This document shows, in pieces, positions 48,695 through 60,998 of a DNA stretch of 64,000 nucleotides. The notes beneath the pieces were generated by a model that saw only the letters and a list, made by a program, of their open reading frames with translations, was not told the origin of the DNA and did no database searches. Source of the DNA: a bacterium (GTDB taxonomy: Bacteria; Planctomycetota; B15-G4); NCBI GenBank assembly GCA_030428785.1, contig JAUIEF010000006.1, positions 7,832 to 71,831 of the forward strand, read 5' to 3'. Position numbers and translations under genes: made by a program. Position 1 is the first letter of the stretch. Each line of letters opens with the position of its first letter.

Positions 48695-49708
48695 GTGAAG
48701 CGCGTGCTCCCCGCCCTGCTCGCGACGGCGGTGCTGGGCGCGCTCGTGCTCGCGTTCCTCGACCTCGACCTCGCGGAGATGGGGCACGGGGTCGCCGACC
48801 GGCTCCGCGCGCTCGCGCCCGTCGACGTCGCGCTCGCGTTCGCGGTCTACCTCGCGAGCTACTTCGGCCGCGCCGTGCGCTTCGCCGTGCTGCTGCCCGG
48901 GCTGCGCGGCATCGTGCACCTCGCGTCCATCGCGGGCCGGCACAACTTCCTGAACCTCGTGCTGCCGTTCCGCACGGGCGAGCTCGCGCTCCCGTGGATG
49001 CTGCACAAGGAGTGCGGTCGTCCGCTCTCGCAGGGCAGCGCCGCGCTCCTCGTGTGCCGCGTCCTCGACCTCGGGTGCGTCGCCGCCTGGCTCGCGATCG
49101 GCATCGCGTGGTACGGGGTCGGCGGCCCCACCGCCGAGGAGGTCACGCCGCGCGTCCTCGGCGTGCTCGCGGCGCTCGCGGCGGGGCTGCTGCTCATGGG
49201 GCCCGTGGCGAAGCGGGTCGCCGCGCGGCTCGACCCCGACGCGCCGGGGCGGGTGCGCGGCTTCCTCGCGCGCGCGACGGGGCACCTCGCCACGCTCTCG
49301 ATCGGCCGGCTGCTGCTCGCGGGGCTCGTCTCGCTCGCGACCTGGCTGCTCACCTACTCCACCTACTGGTTCATGGTGCGCGGCATGGCGGGGCCGGATC
49401 CCGTGGGCCTCGAGCTGGGCGACGTGCCCTTCGCGCGCGGCCTCGTCGGCACGACCGGGCTGCACCTCAGCACGGTGCTTCCCGTGAACACGCTCGGCGG
49501 CGTGGGCTCCTGGGAGGCCGGCTGGGTCGCGGGCTACACCCTGCTCGCCGGCATCGGCAAGGAGGCCGCGGGCGTCTCGGCCGTCGTGACGCACCTGCTG
49601 AACTTCGTGTTCATCACGGTCATCGGCGGCGCGGGCTTCCTCCTTCGACGGAGCGCGCCGCGCCCGGCCGCGGGCGAGGCGTCGCCCGACGCGCCGTCGG
49701 GGTCCTGA
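48695..49708 (+). CDS. Lysylphosphatidylglycerol synthase TM / flippase-like (UPF0104) protein
   Basis: GRAVRF, NLVLPFRTGEL, RVLDL, LPVNTLGGVGSWEAG. Confidence 0.85.
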   Translation: MKRVLPALLATAVLGALVLAFLDLDLAEMGHGVADRLRALAPVDVALAFAVYLASYFGRAVRFAVLLPGLRGIVHLASIAGRHNFLNLVLPFRTGELALPWMLHKECGRPLSQGSAALLVCRVLDLGCVAAWLAIGIAWYGVGGPTAEEVTPRVLGVLAALAAGLLLMGPVAKRVAARLDPDAPGRVRGFLARATGHLATLSIGRLLLAGLVSLATWLLTYSTYWFMVRGMAGPDPVGLELGDVPFARGLVGTTGLHLSTVLPVNTLGGVGSWEAGWVAGYTLLAGIGKEAAGVSAVVTHLLNFVFITVIGGAGFLLRRSAPRPAAGEASPDAPSGS

Positions 49709-49795
49709 GCGCGGGAGGCGCGCGCCGCGGGCCTCCTCGACCACGCCCCGCCCGCCGACGCCGGACGCCCGGCCGGAACCGGCCCCGACAGGCGC

Positions 49796-49824
49796 TTGCA
49801 CCGCCCGGGGGCCGTGGGCATCAT
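49796..49824 (+). promoter_or_regulatory. Putative tRNA promoter TTGCAC-N17-CATCAT
   Basis: Consensus-like spacing about 70 nt upstream of the tRNA. Confidence 0.5.
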
Positions 49825-49895
49825 TGGCCGATTCGACGGGCAGCCGGCAGCACACGCCGCCGGCAGGCCTCGCGGCAGGACTGCGGGACGCGCGT

Positions 49896-49972
49896 CGGGG
49901 TGTGGCTCAGTTTGGTAGAGCGCAGCGTTCGGGACGCTGAGGTCGCTGGTTCAAATCCAGTCACCCCGACCA
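49896..49972 (+). tRNA. tRNA-Pro (anticodon CGG)
   Basis: Acceptor stem CGGGGTG/CACCCCG; D arm GCTC/GAGC; anticodon arm CAGCG-TTCGGGA-CGCTG; T loop GTTCAAATC; encoded CCA. Confidence 0.97.
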
Positions 49973-50032
49973 CTTCCCCCCGCCCGGCGGGAGCCCCGCG
50001 GAGGGCGCGCGGCGGCGCGGACGGCCCCCCGC

Positions 50033-51583
50033 TCAGCCGCCGATCGAGACGAAGACGCCGCCGTTCTGCTCGGCGAGCTGCCGGAAGTCGTCGCCGCCGT
50101 AGGCCCCCACGTAGATCACGTGGAGCTGCACGCCCCGGTACTCGTTGACCCGGGCGACCTCCTGGCGGATCTCGACCATGTCGACGCTCTTGCCCACCGT
50201 CGGCTCGCCGTCCGTGAGGAAGAAGATCGTGTCGACGTCGTCCGTGATCTTCGTCACGAAGGCGTTGTTCCCCCGGTCGTCGATGTCCTCGCCGAACGCC
50301 GTCATGAGCGCGAGGTGCGTGTTCGTGCGGCCCTCGTCCGACGCGCCGCGGTCGACGCCCATGCGCGCCCGGAAGCCCGCCGCGTCGCCGCCCCGCGGCT
50401 TGAGGTCCCCCACCCACTTCACGGCGTTGCTCCGGTTGAGCACCGACGCGCGCGCGGACTTCTTCTTCCAGAGGTCGACGTCCGTCGCGTAGGCGATGAT
50501 GTTGAAGTTCGTCGTCTCGGGGAGCGACTCGATCGTGTTGACGAGCTCCTCCTTGACGATCTCGAGCCGCTGCAGCGAGCTGTACTCGCGCCCGCTGCGC
50601 TTGAGCCGCTCGGGGTCGCCGAACGGCTCGGACATGCTCTGGCTCACGTCGATGACGAAGACGATGTTCTCGCTCTTCGTCTGGATGTCCTGGAAGGACT
50701 TGGCGCCCGCGGCGTAGCGCGTGCCCTCCTCCGCGAGCTGCTTGAGCGCGGCCGCGACCGCCTCGAGGTCGGGCATGACGAAGCTCTTCTCGTTGCGGTC
50801 CCACCACGCGAGCCACTGCGTCATGTCGTCCTCGAACTTGCGCAGCGTGATCGCGCGCAGGACCTCGAAGGCGTCCTCCGCGACGCGCGGGTCCGGGTCC
50901 TCGCCCATCATCATGATGAGCGGGCGCACGACGCTCTTGGGGCGCAGCTCGCGCGCGACGCGGATCGCCTCGAGCCGCACGGCCTTCGACGGGTGCGCGA
51001 GGCCGGCGAGCAGTGCCGTCTCCGCGGCGGGCGCGTCGCCGATGGACTCGAGCGCGGAGAGCGCCGCCATGACCTCGGCGTCCTCGGCCTCGCCGCCCGT
51101 GACGACCGTCGACAGCGGCGCGCAGGCGCCCGCGTCGCCGAGCCGGCCGAGCCCGCGGATCGCCCCCATGCGCACCTCGAACTCCCGGTGCTCGAGCAGC
51201 CCGACGAGCGGCTCGAGGGCGAAGCCGGCGCGCATGCCGCCGAGCGCCTCGGCCGTCGCGGCGACGAGCGCCTCGTCCCGCGACTTCTTGCGGTCGAAGA
51301 GCACGCCGTCGAGGAGGTACTGCGCGGACGCCTCGGTCCGGTACCCCGAGAGCACGTCGATGGCCGCGCGGCGCACGAGGTACTCCTCCTCGTCCTCGAG
51401 CACCTCGACGAGGACCTCCGTCGCGGCGAGCGAGTCGACCTCCCCGAGGTTCAGCACCGCCTCGCGGCGCTGGACGGGGGTCTTGTCGTCGTCGTAGTAG
51501 CGGCGGAACTCGCGGACGAGCTCGTCGTCCGGGAGCAGGCCGAGCACGGCACCGAGCAGGAGGGCGCAGAGGGGTCCGGTCAT
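50033..51583 (-). CDS. Exported HEAT-repeat + vWA domain protein
   Basis: Signal-like N-terminus; HEAT repeats (VRRAAIDVL, VRMGAIRGLGRLG); MIDAS DVSQS and FFLTDG. Confidence 0.88.
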   Translation of the reverse strand: MTGPLCALLLGAVLGLLPDDELVREFRRYYDDDKTPVQRREAVLNLGEVDSLAATEVLVEVLEDEEEYLVRRAAIDVLSGYRTEASAQYLLDGVLFDRKKSRDEALVAATAEALGGMRAGFALEPLVGLLEHREFEVRMGAIRGLGRLGDAGACAPLSTVVTGGEAEDAEVMAALSALESIGDAPAAETALLAGLAHPSKAVRLEAIRVARELRPKSVVRPLIMMMGEDPDPRVAEDAFEVLRAITLRKFEDDMTQWLAWWDRNEKSFVMPDLEAVAAALKQLAEEGTRYAAGAKSFQDIQTKSENIVFVIDVSQSMSEPFGDPERLKRSGREYSSLQRLEIVKEELVNTIESLPETTNFNIIAYATDVDLWKKKSARASVLNRSNAVKWVGDLKPRGGDAAGFRARMGVDRGASDEGRTNTHLALMTAFGEDIDDRGNNAFVTKITDDVDTIFFLTDGEPTVGKSVDMVEIRQEVARVNEYRGVQLHVIYVGAYGGDDFRQLAEQNGGVFVSIGG

Positions 51584-51778
51584 GGGTCTCGCCAGCGGGG
51601 CGGGGTCGGGTCGGTCGGGGCGGGGAGCCGCGGGTCCTCGAAGGGATCGCACGAGGTCCGGCGGGGCGCCGCGAGGCGGTCGGCGCCGGGCTCCGGTCCG
51701 GGGGGCGCGGCGCGCGGCGCCCGACCGTCGGGAGCTCGCGCGGTGAATACGGCCCACGGCCCCGATAGGATGCCGCAC

Positions 51779-52756
51779 ATGGCGTCCACCATACAGCAGG
51801 GCCCCCGCGCCGACAGGATCGAGTGGCTCCCCACCGAGGCCTCGGGCCGCCGGTACGCCCGCCTCCACGGCCCTCCCGGGCTCTCCGTGCCCACGGCGGT
51901 GCTCATGCAATTCCCGCGCGGCGCCCGGCCGGCCGAGATCGAGCGCGTCGCGCGCTCGACGGTCCTGCTCGGCGAGGCGGGCTTCCCGGTGCCGGAGATC
52001 TACGAGTCGCGTCCCGACCGCGGCTGGATACTCCAGGAGGACCTCGGGGACGTGACGCTCGCGGCGGCGCGCGAGGCCGGGACGGCCGTGGCCGGCGCGT
52101 ACAGCGAGGCCGTCTCGCTGCTCGGTCGCCTCGACGGCCTGGAGCTCGAGACGTCGCCGCGCCCTCCGCTCGACGGCAAGCGCCTCGGCACGGAGCTGCA
52201 CCAGTTCGTGACGCGCGCGCTCGGGCTCGCGGAGGGGCCCGGGCCGTCGCTCGCCGCGGAGCTCGAGCGGCTCGTCGAGGGCTGCACCGCGGCGCCGCTC
52301 GCGCTGTGCCACCGCGACTACCACTCGCGGAACCTCCTGCTGCACGGCGGACGCGTGCGCGTCGTGGACCACCAGGACGCGCTCCCCGGTCCCGTCGGCT
52401 ACGACCGCGCGTCGCTCGCCTACGACCCGTACGTCGAGCTGCCCGACGGGATCCGCGACCGCATCGCGGGCGACACACCGCACCTCGGCGAGGTCGCGGT
52501 CCAGCGGCTCGCGAAGGCGATCGGCACCTACGCGGACAAGGGCGGCGCGTGGGCGCGCTTCATCGCGCCGGCGGCGAAGCAGGCGCGACGCCTGCTCGCG
52601 GCGCACGGCCTCGCGCTGCCCGTGCTCGACCTCGCGTTCGCGAGCCTCGCGGCGCGCGCGGCGACCGCGTCAGAGCCGACCTCGCCGGGCCGTCCGGGCA
52701 CGTCGCCGGCCGCGTCCCCCGCGCCGCCCCGCGAGGGAACGGCCGGCGCCCCGTGA
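51779..52756 (+). CDS. APH-family phosphotransferase, AmgK-like anomeric MurNAc/GlcNAc kinase
   Basis: EASGRRYAR, QEDLGD, HRDYHSRNL, DHQDALPGP..YD.ASL. Upstream TAGGAT-N7-ATG. Confidence 0.8.
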   Translation: MASTIQQGPRADRIEWLPTEASGRRYARLHGPPGLSVPTAVLMQFPRGARPAEIERVARSTVLLGEAGFPVPEIYESRPDRGWILQEDLGDVTLAAAREAGTAVAGAYSEAVSLLGRLDGLELETSPRPPLDGKRLGTELHQFVTRALGLAEGPGPSLAAELERLVEGCTAAPLALCHRDYHSRNLLLHGGRVRVVDHQDALPGPVGYDRASLAYDPYVELPDGIRDRIAGDTPHLGEVAVQRLAKAIGTYADKGGAWARFIAPAAKQARRLLAAHGLALPVLDLAFASLAARAATASEPTSPGRPGTSPAASPAPPREGTAGAP

Positions 52757-53754
52757 GCGTCCCCGAGCAGGCCGTCGTGCTGGCCGCGGGCGAGGGACGT
52801 CGCCTCCGTCCGCACACGCTCGTGAGACCCAAACCGCTCATGCCGTTCCTCGACGTCCCGCTCCTGCGTCACACGCTCCGGGCGCTCGCGCGCGCGGGCG
52901 TGCGGCGCGTGTGGGTCAACGCATGGCACCTCGCCGGGCAGGTCGAGGCGTTCGCCGCGGAGCGGCCCGAGCCCGCGCTCGACGTGACCGTCGTGCGCGA
53001 GGAGCGGCTGCTCGGCACGGGCGGCGGCCTCGCGAACCTCTGGCGACGGATGGACCGCGCGACCACGCTGCTGCTCCTGCCGGACATCCTCGCGGACTTC
53101 GACCTCGAGGCGCTCGCCGCCGACCACCGCGCGCGCGGCGCCGTCGCGACGATGGCGCTCACCGCGGCGGCGGACCCCGCGGCCTACGGGGGGGTGGACG
53201 TCGACGCGGACGGTCGGCTCCTCGACATCGCGGGCCTGCGCGGGGTCGAGACGACGCCCGCGGGCACCTTCGTCAACGCGAGCGCGCACGTCTTCGAGCC
53301 GGAGTTCCTCGACCGCCTCCCCGCCGAGCCGTCGTGCTTCGTGCGGCAGGGCTACGTCCCGGCGCTCGACGACGGCTTGCCGTGCAGGGGCCGGCTCCAC
53401 GAGGGCGCGTGGTTCGACACGGGCACCGCGGACGCGCTGCTCGACGCTCAGGCCGCCGCGCTCGAGGGGCAGCTCCCCGTCGACGACCTCCTGCTCGTGG
53501 ACGGCGGCCGACGTCGCGGCGCGCGCGCCTGGGTGCACGGGGACGCGGAGGTCGCCGAGGACGCCGTGCTCGACGACGGCACGGTGGTCGGCGCGGGCGC
53601 GGTCGTCGAGGCCGGCGTCCGGCTGCACCGCTGCCTCGTCCTGCCGGGCGCGCGCGTCGCGGCCGGCACGGAGGCGCGCCGCCGCATCCTGGGCGACGCG
53701 GACGCGACGCCCGACCGCGAGCGCGCCGCCGACGCCGCGGAGGTCGACGCGTGA
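52753..53754 (+). CDS. Sugar-phosphate nucleotidyltransferase, MurU-like
   Basis: VLAAGEGRRLRPHT..PKPL, LLGTGGGL, WFDTGT; short hexapeptide tail; GTGA-coupled to the kinase. Confidence 0.88.
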   Translation: MSVPEQAVVLAAGEGRRLRPHTLVRPKPLMPFLDVPLLRHTLRALARAGVRRVWVNAWHLAGQVEAFAAERPEPALDVTVVREERLLGTGGGLANLWRRMDRATTLLLLPDILADFDLEALAADHRARGAVATMALTAAADPAAYGGVDVDADGRLLDIAGLRGVETTPAGTFVNASAHVFEPEFLDRLPAEPSCFVRQGYVPALDDGLPCRGRLHEGAWFDTGTADALLDAQAAALEGQLPVDDLLLVDGGRRRGARAWVHGDAEVAEDAVLDDGTVVGAGAVVEAGVRLHRCLVLPGARVAAGTEARRRILGDADATPDRERAADAAEVDA

Positions 53755-54440
53755 AGGGACCCGTCATCCTGCTGGGCCTCGTCGTCGCCCTGGCCGGCAT
53801 CCTCTACTGGGCGCTCGTCGGGCCGGGCGGCGCGGACGTGCAGCGCGGCCTCGAGGAGACGGACCTCGCGTTCTCGCTCGTCGAGGCGGAGATCCGCGCC
53901 CTCGACGAGGACTTCATCCCGCTCACGCGCCAGGGCTACATGCTCAACCTCCGGCGGCAGCACGAGGAGCTGCGCGACCGGCTCGCCGTGCTCAAGGCGC
54001 GGCGCCTCGAGGTGCGGGAGGACGAGGCGCTCGTCGCGCACCAGCGGCTCGACGCCTTCCGCGAGATCGTCGACGCGACCGACGAGCTCTACGCGCAGGC
54101 GAAGTCCCTGCACCGCCGGACGGAGGCGCGGTACGCGTTCATGATCGAGGTGAGCCCGCTGCTCCAGCGGGCGCGCGCGCTCCGCGACCTGCTCGACGCC
54201 GCGGACTGCGAGGACGAGGCGCTGCGCGTGCGGCGCGACGCGCTCGCCGGGAGCTTCGCCGACCTCGAGCAGGGCGCGAAGACCGCGGACACGGTGCTCC
54301 AGCAGAACGTGACCCAGGGCGAGACGCTCGCGGGCGCGGAGCTCCGCAGCCTGCGGGAGCTCGTCGAGGAGCAGCGCAAGCTCGCGGCGGCGATGGGCGT
54401 CGAGGTCCCCGAGCCGGAGCCGGCGCAGGGCGACGGCTAG
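53751..54440 (+). CDS. Membrane-anchored coiled-coil hypothetical protein
   Basis: N-terminal TM segment, Glu/Arg/Leu-rich helices; GTGA overlap. Confidence 0.7.
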   Translation: MKGPVILLGLVVALAGILYWALVGPGGADVQRGLEETDLAFSLVEAEIRALDEDFIPLTRQGYMLNLRRQHEELRDRLAVLKARRLEVREDEALVAHQRLDAFREIVDATDELYAQAKSLHRRTEARYAFMIEVSPLLQRARALRDLLDAADCEDEALRVRRDALAGSFADLEQGAKTADTVLQQNVTQGETLAGAELRSLRELVEEQRKLAAAMGVEVPEPEPAQGDG

Positions 54441-54531
54441 GCGCCCGGGCGAGCGGACCGAGGAGACGGGGGCGGTGCGAGCGTCGGGCGGACGCCGGGG
54501 CGACCGCGGAGCGGACGTCCGGCGCGCGCGC

Positions 54532-56382
54532 TCAGCCGCCGCCGAGGAGACCGGGGGCGAGCCGTTCGAGCTCGGCGTCGACGCGCGCGCGGTCGGCGTC
54601 CCGCCCGAGCGCCTCGAGCACGCGGCGCTTCACGAGCAGGAGGTTCACGGCGGACGGCCGGGTCGCGAGCGCCGCGTCGAGGCGCGCGAGCGCCGCGTCG
54701 AGCGTGCCGCCGAGCAGCTCCGCGAGCGCGCGCATGGCGGTGGCCTCCGGATCGCCGGGCACGCGCTCGAGGGCGAGGTCGAACACGCCGGCCGCCTCGG
54801 CGACGGCGCGCGGGTCCGGCGGCGTGCTCCCGCCCGCGACCTCCAGGAGCGCGCGCCCCCACTCGACGAGGATCGGCGCGGAGCCGGGCTGGAGCACGTG
54901 CGCCGTCCCGAGCTCGGCGGCGGCCTCCGCCGGCCGCCCCAGCGCGCGGAGCGTGCGCCCGCGGAAGAACCGCAGCTCGGAGACGTCGTCGTAGCCGGCG
55001 AGGGCCTGGAGGCGCGACCACGCCTCGGCCGCGCGGCCCGCGACGAGCAGCGAGTTCGCGCGGTCGATGGCGTCGACGAGGTCCATGGCCTCGCGCGGAT
55101 CGCGACGCGGCGCGCCGTCGTCCGTCGGCGTCGCGGCGCCGACGTAGCCGAGCGCGCGCAGCGTGTCGAGGTCCGTCACGACGTCCGCCTCGTCGACCGG
55201 GTCGGGCGACGGCACGAACGGCCGCAGCGGGTGGTCGGCCGCGGGCGCGCCCTCGCGCTCCGCCGGGTCCGTCGCGAGGTGGTGGAGCCGCCAGCCCGCG
55301 GGCTCGGCCTCCGGCGCCCCGACGAGCTTGAGCGCGCCGCGACGCACGCCGGCGAGCGGCGAGAAGCCGTAGTAGAAGGCCGGGCTCCGGCACTCGAGCG
55401 GGAGCGTGCGGTCGGGCGACGGGCGGGCCAGGGAGCGCCCGTCGAGGTCGTCGCCCGGCGGCAGGCCGACGAGCTCGAGCACCGTCGGCGTGACGTCGAG
55501 CACGGAGACGACGTCCTCGCGCACGACGCCCGCGCGCGGGAACGCCTCCGGCTCCTCGCCCGCGGCGCCGGCGCGCGCGACGACGAGCGGCACGTGCATC
55601 GCGCCCTGGAACACGAGGACGCCGTGCGTGCTCTCGCCGTGCTCGCCCAGGCTCTCGCCGTGGTCGGACGTCACGACGACGATCACGGGACCGTCCGGGA
55701 GCCCCGCGAGCAGACGCCCGAGCTGCCGGTCCGCCCAGCGCACCTCGTCGAGGTACGCGCGGCGGTCCTCGCCCGGGAGCCCGTCGGGCGCGTCGTAGGG
55801 CGCGTGCGGGTCGAAGAGGTGCACCCACGCGAACCACGGCGCGTCCCGGTCGCGGCGCGCGGCGTCATCGAGCCATTCGAGCGCGGCGTCCACGGTGCGG
55901 TCGCCGCGTCGCTCGCGCGGGCGCGGCGGGCCGCCCGGGACGTGGAGCGCGTCGTCGTAGACGTCGAAGCCCGCGTCGAGCCCGTGGATGCCGTCGAGCA
56001 CCGCGGCCGACACGAAGGCCCCCGTGCTCCACCCCGCGTCGGACAGGCGCTCGGCCAGCGTGTCGACCGGGAGCGCCGGCCGGGCCACGCCGTTCACCGT
56101 GAGGCCGTGGCGGGCCGGGCGCAGTCCCGTGAGGATCGACGCGTGCGCCGGGAGCGTGAGCGGCGTGACCGTCGTCGCGTCGGCGAAGCGCGTGCCGCGC
56201 GCGGCGAGGTCGTCGAGCGCGGGCGTGGTGCCGGTCTCGACGCCCCACGCCCCCACCGCGTCGGCGCGCAGCGTGTCGATCGTGACGACGAGCACGGACG
56301 GGCGGTCGTCGCGCGCGGAGCAGGCGCACAGCGCGAGCGCGGCGACGGCCGCCGCCCAGCGGAGGCGGAGAGCGCCCGTCAC
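54532..56382 (-). CDS. Sulfatase-like hydrolase with C-terminal TPRs (lipoprotein)
   Basis: VTIDTLRAD, TLPAHASILTG, HLFDPHAPY, TSDHGESLGEHGE..HG; LCAC lipobox-like. Confidence 0.88.
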   Translation of the reverse strand: MTGALRLRWAAAVAALALCACSARDDRPSVLVVTIDTLRADAVGAWGVETGTTPALDDLAARGTRFADATTVTPLTLPAHASILTGLRPARHGLTVNGVARPALPVDTLAERLSDAGWSTGAFVSAAVLDGIHGLDAGFDVYDDALHVPGGPPRPRERRGDRTVDAALEWLDDAARRDRDAPWFAWVHLFDPHAPYDAPDGLPGEDRRAYLDEVRWADRQLGRLLAGLPDGPVIVVVTSDHGESLGEHGESTHGVLVFQGAMHVPLVVARAGAAGEEPEAFPRAGVVREDVVSVLDVTPTVLELVGLPPGDDLDGRSLARPSPDRTLPLECRSPAFYYGFSPLAGVRRGALKLVGAPEAEPAGWRLHHLATDPAEREGAPAADHPLRPFVPSPDPVDEADVVTDLDTLRALGYVGAATPTDDGAPRRDPREAMDLVDAIDRANSLLVAGRAAEAWSRLQALAGYDDVSELRFFRGRTLRALGRPAEAAAELGTAHVLQPGSAPILVEWGRALLEVAGGSTPPDPRAVAEAAGVFDLALERVPGDPEATAMRALAELLGGTLDAALARLDAALATRPSAVNLLLVKRRVLEALGRDADRARVDAELERLAPGLLGGG

Positions 56383-58340
56383 GACGCCTCGTCGGCGTCG
56401 CCCGGAGCCGCCCCGGCGCGGCCCCGCAGGCGGCGGGCGTCGCCGTGGCGCACGGTGAGGCCCTCGGCGTCGAACGCCTCGAGCAGCGGGATGAGGAACT
56501 TGCGCGTCGTGCCGAGCTCGTCGCGCAGGGTCGGGATGTCGATCGCGCCGTCGCGCGCGCGCCCGTGCGCCACGAGCGTCTCGCGCATGCGCTGGAGCGC
56601 GTCGCGATGGAAGACGAGTCCGCCGAGCGGCACGAGCACGCCGCTCTCGCGCAGCATGTCGAGCAGCGCGCGGTGGTCCTTCTCGTCGAGTCCGGTGAAG
56701 GCGGGGTCCACGTCGGGCGGCTTCGCGCCGCCCTCGAGGAGCGCGTCGACGATCCGGTCGCGCGCGGCCTCGAGCTCCGGCGTGAGGCGGCCCTTGTGTC
56801 CGCGTCGACGCAGCCGGCCGCCGGACGTCGTCTCGAGGCGCGCGTCGTGCTCGAGCGCCGCCTGGAGCGCGACCTCGGCGTGCGGCAGCCCCGCGCGCAC
56901 GGTCGAGAGGTCCGCCCAGTCGAGGAGCGGCTGCTTGCGGTGCACCTGCTTGAGCACGGCGACGAGGTCGTCCGCGACCTGTGTCACCGCGCTCGCGGAG
57001 AGGTAGCGCTCGCCGCCGGCGACGAGGAGGTCGCCCGCCTCCACGGCGACCGCGAGCTCGCCGCGCAGCGCCGGGCCCGGGAGGCCGACCTCGACGGAGA
57101 GCTCCGTGAGCGGGACGCCGCGCGTCCCGGCCGAGGCGACGATCGCCGTCGCGAGGCGCGCCGGGTCGCCGAGCGACTCCTTGCGCGCGCGGAGCTCGTC
57201 GAGCACGCGGTCCTTGAAGCGCTTGAGGCGCCCGTCGCCCGCCTCGAGGACGACGCCCCCGCCGAGCACCTGCATCGAGGACGCGTCGCGCACGAGGAGC
57301 CGGTCGCCCGGCGCCACGCAGAGGGCGTGGTCGACGCGGAGCTGCACCGGGGCGCTCGCGCCGCGCTCGAGGACGCCGGCGTCGAGCAGGACCGCGCGGC
57401 CCATGACCTCCGCCGTGCCCGCGTGCACGCGCACCGGGTGCCGGTGGCGGAGCGGCATCTCCTCGTCGGTGTGCTCGTAGTCGAGCGCGACGAAGCGCGT
57501 CGAGCGGAACACGCCCGGCGTCGCGACGACGTCGCCGCGGACGACGTCCTCCTTGTCGACACCGACGATGTTGAGCGCCGTCGAGTGGCCCGCGCGGCCG
57601 TCGTCCCGCGCCCGGCCGTACGCATGGACGCTGCGCACCCGGACGGTCTCGCCCGAGCCGACGACCTCGAGCACGTCGCCGGCCACGACGCGCCCGCTCA
57701 CCGGGACGCCCGTGGCGACGAGCCCGTGCCCCGCCAGCGTGAAGACGCGCTGCACGGGGAGGCGGAACGGCCCCTCGGCGGCGTGCGGCGCGACCTCGGC
57801 GACGAGGTCGTCGAGCGCCTCGCGGAGCGCGTCCATGCCGAGCCCCTTGGTCTCGGAGACCGGGAGCACGGGCGCGCCCTCGAGGAACGTGCCCGCGACG
57901 AGCGCGGCGACGTCCTCCATCGCCATCTCGACGAGGTCCTCGTCGACGAGGTCCACCTTGTTGAGCGCCACGAGCCCGCGCCGGACACCGAGGAGGCGCA
58001 GGATCTCGAGGTGCTCGCGGGTCTGCGGCATGACGCCGTCGTCCGCGGCCACGACGAGCATGGCGACGTCCACCGACGTCGCGCCGGCGACCATGTTCTT
58101 GATGAAGCGCTCGTGCCCGGGCACGTCGATGATGCCGACCGTCGCGCCGCTGCGGTGCGCGTAGGGCGCGAAGCCCAGGTCGATGGTCATGCCCCGCTCG
58201 TGCTCCTCGGCGAGGCGGTCGGGGTCGACGCCCGTCAGCGCGCGGACGATGGACGACTTGCCGTGGTCGATGTGCCCGGCCGTCCCGATGATGACCGTGC
58301 GGATGGCGCCCGCGCCGGCGAGGTCGTCCGCTCGGCCCAC
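56379..58340 (-). CDS. selB: Selenocysteine-specific elongation factor
   Basis: [41 protein letters not shown]; C-terminal winged helix [16 protein letters not shown]. Confidence 0.95.
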   Translation of the reverse strand: MGRADDLAGAGAIRTVIIGTAGHIDHGKSSIVRALTGVDPDRLAEEHERGMTIDLGFAPYAHRSGATVGIIDVPGHERFIKNMVAGATSVDVAMLVVAADDGVMPQTREHLEILRLLGVRRGLVALNKVDLVDEDLVEMAMEDVAALVAGTFLEGAPVLPVSETKGLGMDALREALDDLVAEVAPHAAEGPFRLPVQRVFTLAGHGLVATGVPVSGRVVAGDVLEVVGSGETVRVRSVHAYGRARDDGRAGHSTALNIVGVDKEDVVRGDVVATPGVFRSTRFVALDYEHTDEEMPLRHRHPVRVHAGTAEVMGRAVLLDAGVLERGASAPVQLRVDHALCVAPGDRLLVRDASSMQVLGGGVVLEAGDGRLKRFKDRVLDELRARKESLGDPARLATAIVASAGTRGVPLTELSVEVGLPGPALRGELAVAVEAGDLLVAGGERYLSASAVTQVADDLVAVLKQVHRKQPLLDWADLSTVRAGLPHAEVALQAALEHDARLETTSGGRLRRRGHKGRLTPELEAARDRIVDALLEGGAKPPDVDPAFTGLDEKDHRALLDMLRESGVLVPLGGLVFHRDALQRMRETLVAHGRARDGAIDIPTLRDELGTTRKFLIPLLEAFDAEGLTVRHGDARRLRGRAGAAPGDADEAS

Positions 58341-58359
58341 GGCGCCCGTGCTCCCGCCG

Positions 58360-59109
58360 TCAGGACGGCGAGGCGTGCACGACCTCGGGCATGTAGAGGA
58401 TGCGCTGGCACGCCTTGCAGAACACGAGCTGGCGACCGCTCAGCAAGCGGTTGCGGTCGTTGGGCGTGAGGGTCGAGAAGCAGCCCTGGCAGGTGCTGCC
58501 CTCGCACGGGACGATCGCCTCTCCGTGCGCCTTGTAGACGCGGTCGTAGATCTTGAGGATCTCGGCCTCGATCGAGCGGCGGATCTGGTCGCGGCGCTCG
58601 TCGAGCGCCTCGAGCTCCTTCTGGTGCCCGGCGAGCTCGGTGCGCGCGCGCTCCTCGAAGCCGCCGTACTCGGACTTCGCGGCCTCGAGCCCGGCCTCCG
58701 CGTCCGTGACCATCTGCTCGCCCTGCTTGATGACCTCGTACTGCTCGAGGATGCGCTCCTCGACGGCGCCCTTCTCCTCGCGCTTCCGCGCGATCTCCGC
58801 GACGAGCAGGCTGTACTCCTGGTTCGTCTTGGCGTTGAGGAGGTTGCCGTTGGCCTTGCTCAGGGCGTCCTCGCGGTCGGCGAGGTCGAGCTCGAGGGTC
58901 TTCAGGTGCGTCCGGAAGCCTTTCAGCTTCGCCTGGCAGGCCTCGAGCGTGGCCTGCGCCTCGCGGGAGTTCCGGCTGCGGCTGGCGAGGACGCGCGGGA
59001 CGGCGTCGATGAGGCTCTGGGCTTCGGCTCGCTTGCGATCGACGTCACCGAGGGCCACGAGCTTCAAGGTCTGTTGACGGGGGTCGCCAGGCGCTTGATC
59101 GGCTGTCAC
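58360..59109 (-). CDS. Coiled-coil + C4 zinc-ribbon protein (DUF164/CdsZ-like)
   Basis: KTNQEY, long coiled coil, CQGC...CKACQRIL; follows rpoD. Confidence 0.88.
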   Translation of the reverse strand: MTADQAPGDPRQQTLKLVALGDVDRKRAEAQSLIDAVPRVLASRSRNSREAQATLEACQAKLKGFRTHLKTLELDLADREDALSKANGNLLNAKTNQEYSLLVAEIARKREEKGAVEERILEQYEVIKQGEQMVTDAEAGLEAAKSEYGGFEERARTELAGHQKELEALDERRDQIRRSIEAEILKIYDRVYKAHGEAIVPCEGSTCQGCFSTLTPNDRNRLLSGRQLVFCKACQRILYMPEVVHASPS

Positions 59110-59339
59110 GGGAGCTCTGCGATTCGGAGGGCGGTGGAAACGCCTGAGCGTAGCAGACCTCCCGGGCAGGAGGAAGACCCTGGCTCGATCCGTGTCGGGG
59201 AGCGCCCGAGCGGGGCCGACCCGTCGGCGTACCCGCGGGTCCGCCCCCGCGCCCCGGCCCCGAACGCGACGACGGGCGGAGGGCGCGGATCGCGCGCCCC
59301 CCGCCCGCCATGTCGCGCGGCCGATCAGCCCGGAGGTCC

Positions 59340-60994
<1,655 letters not shown>

Positions 60995-60998
<4 letters not shown>

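Noticed and set aside
49896-50040. Prophage or island integrated at tRNA-Pro
   Set aside because: No integrase, no duplicated tRNA 3' end seen in the window, and no composition shift.
56379-58340. Selenoprotein genes near selB
   Set aside because: No recognised gene in the window is interrupted by an in-frame TGA at a Cys-equivalent position; both broken genes are frameshifts.
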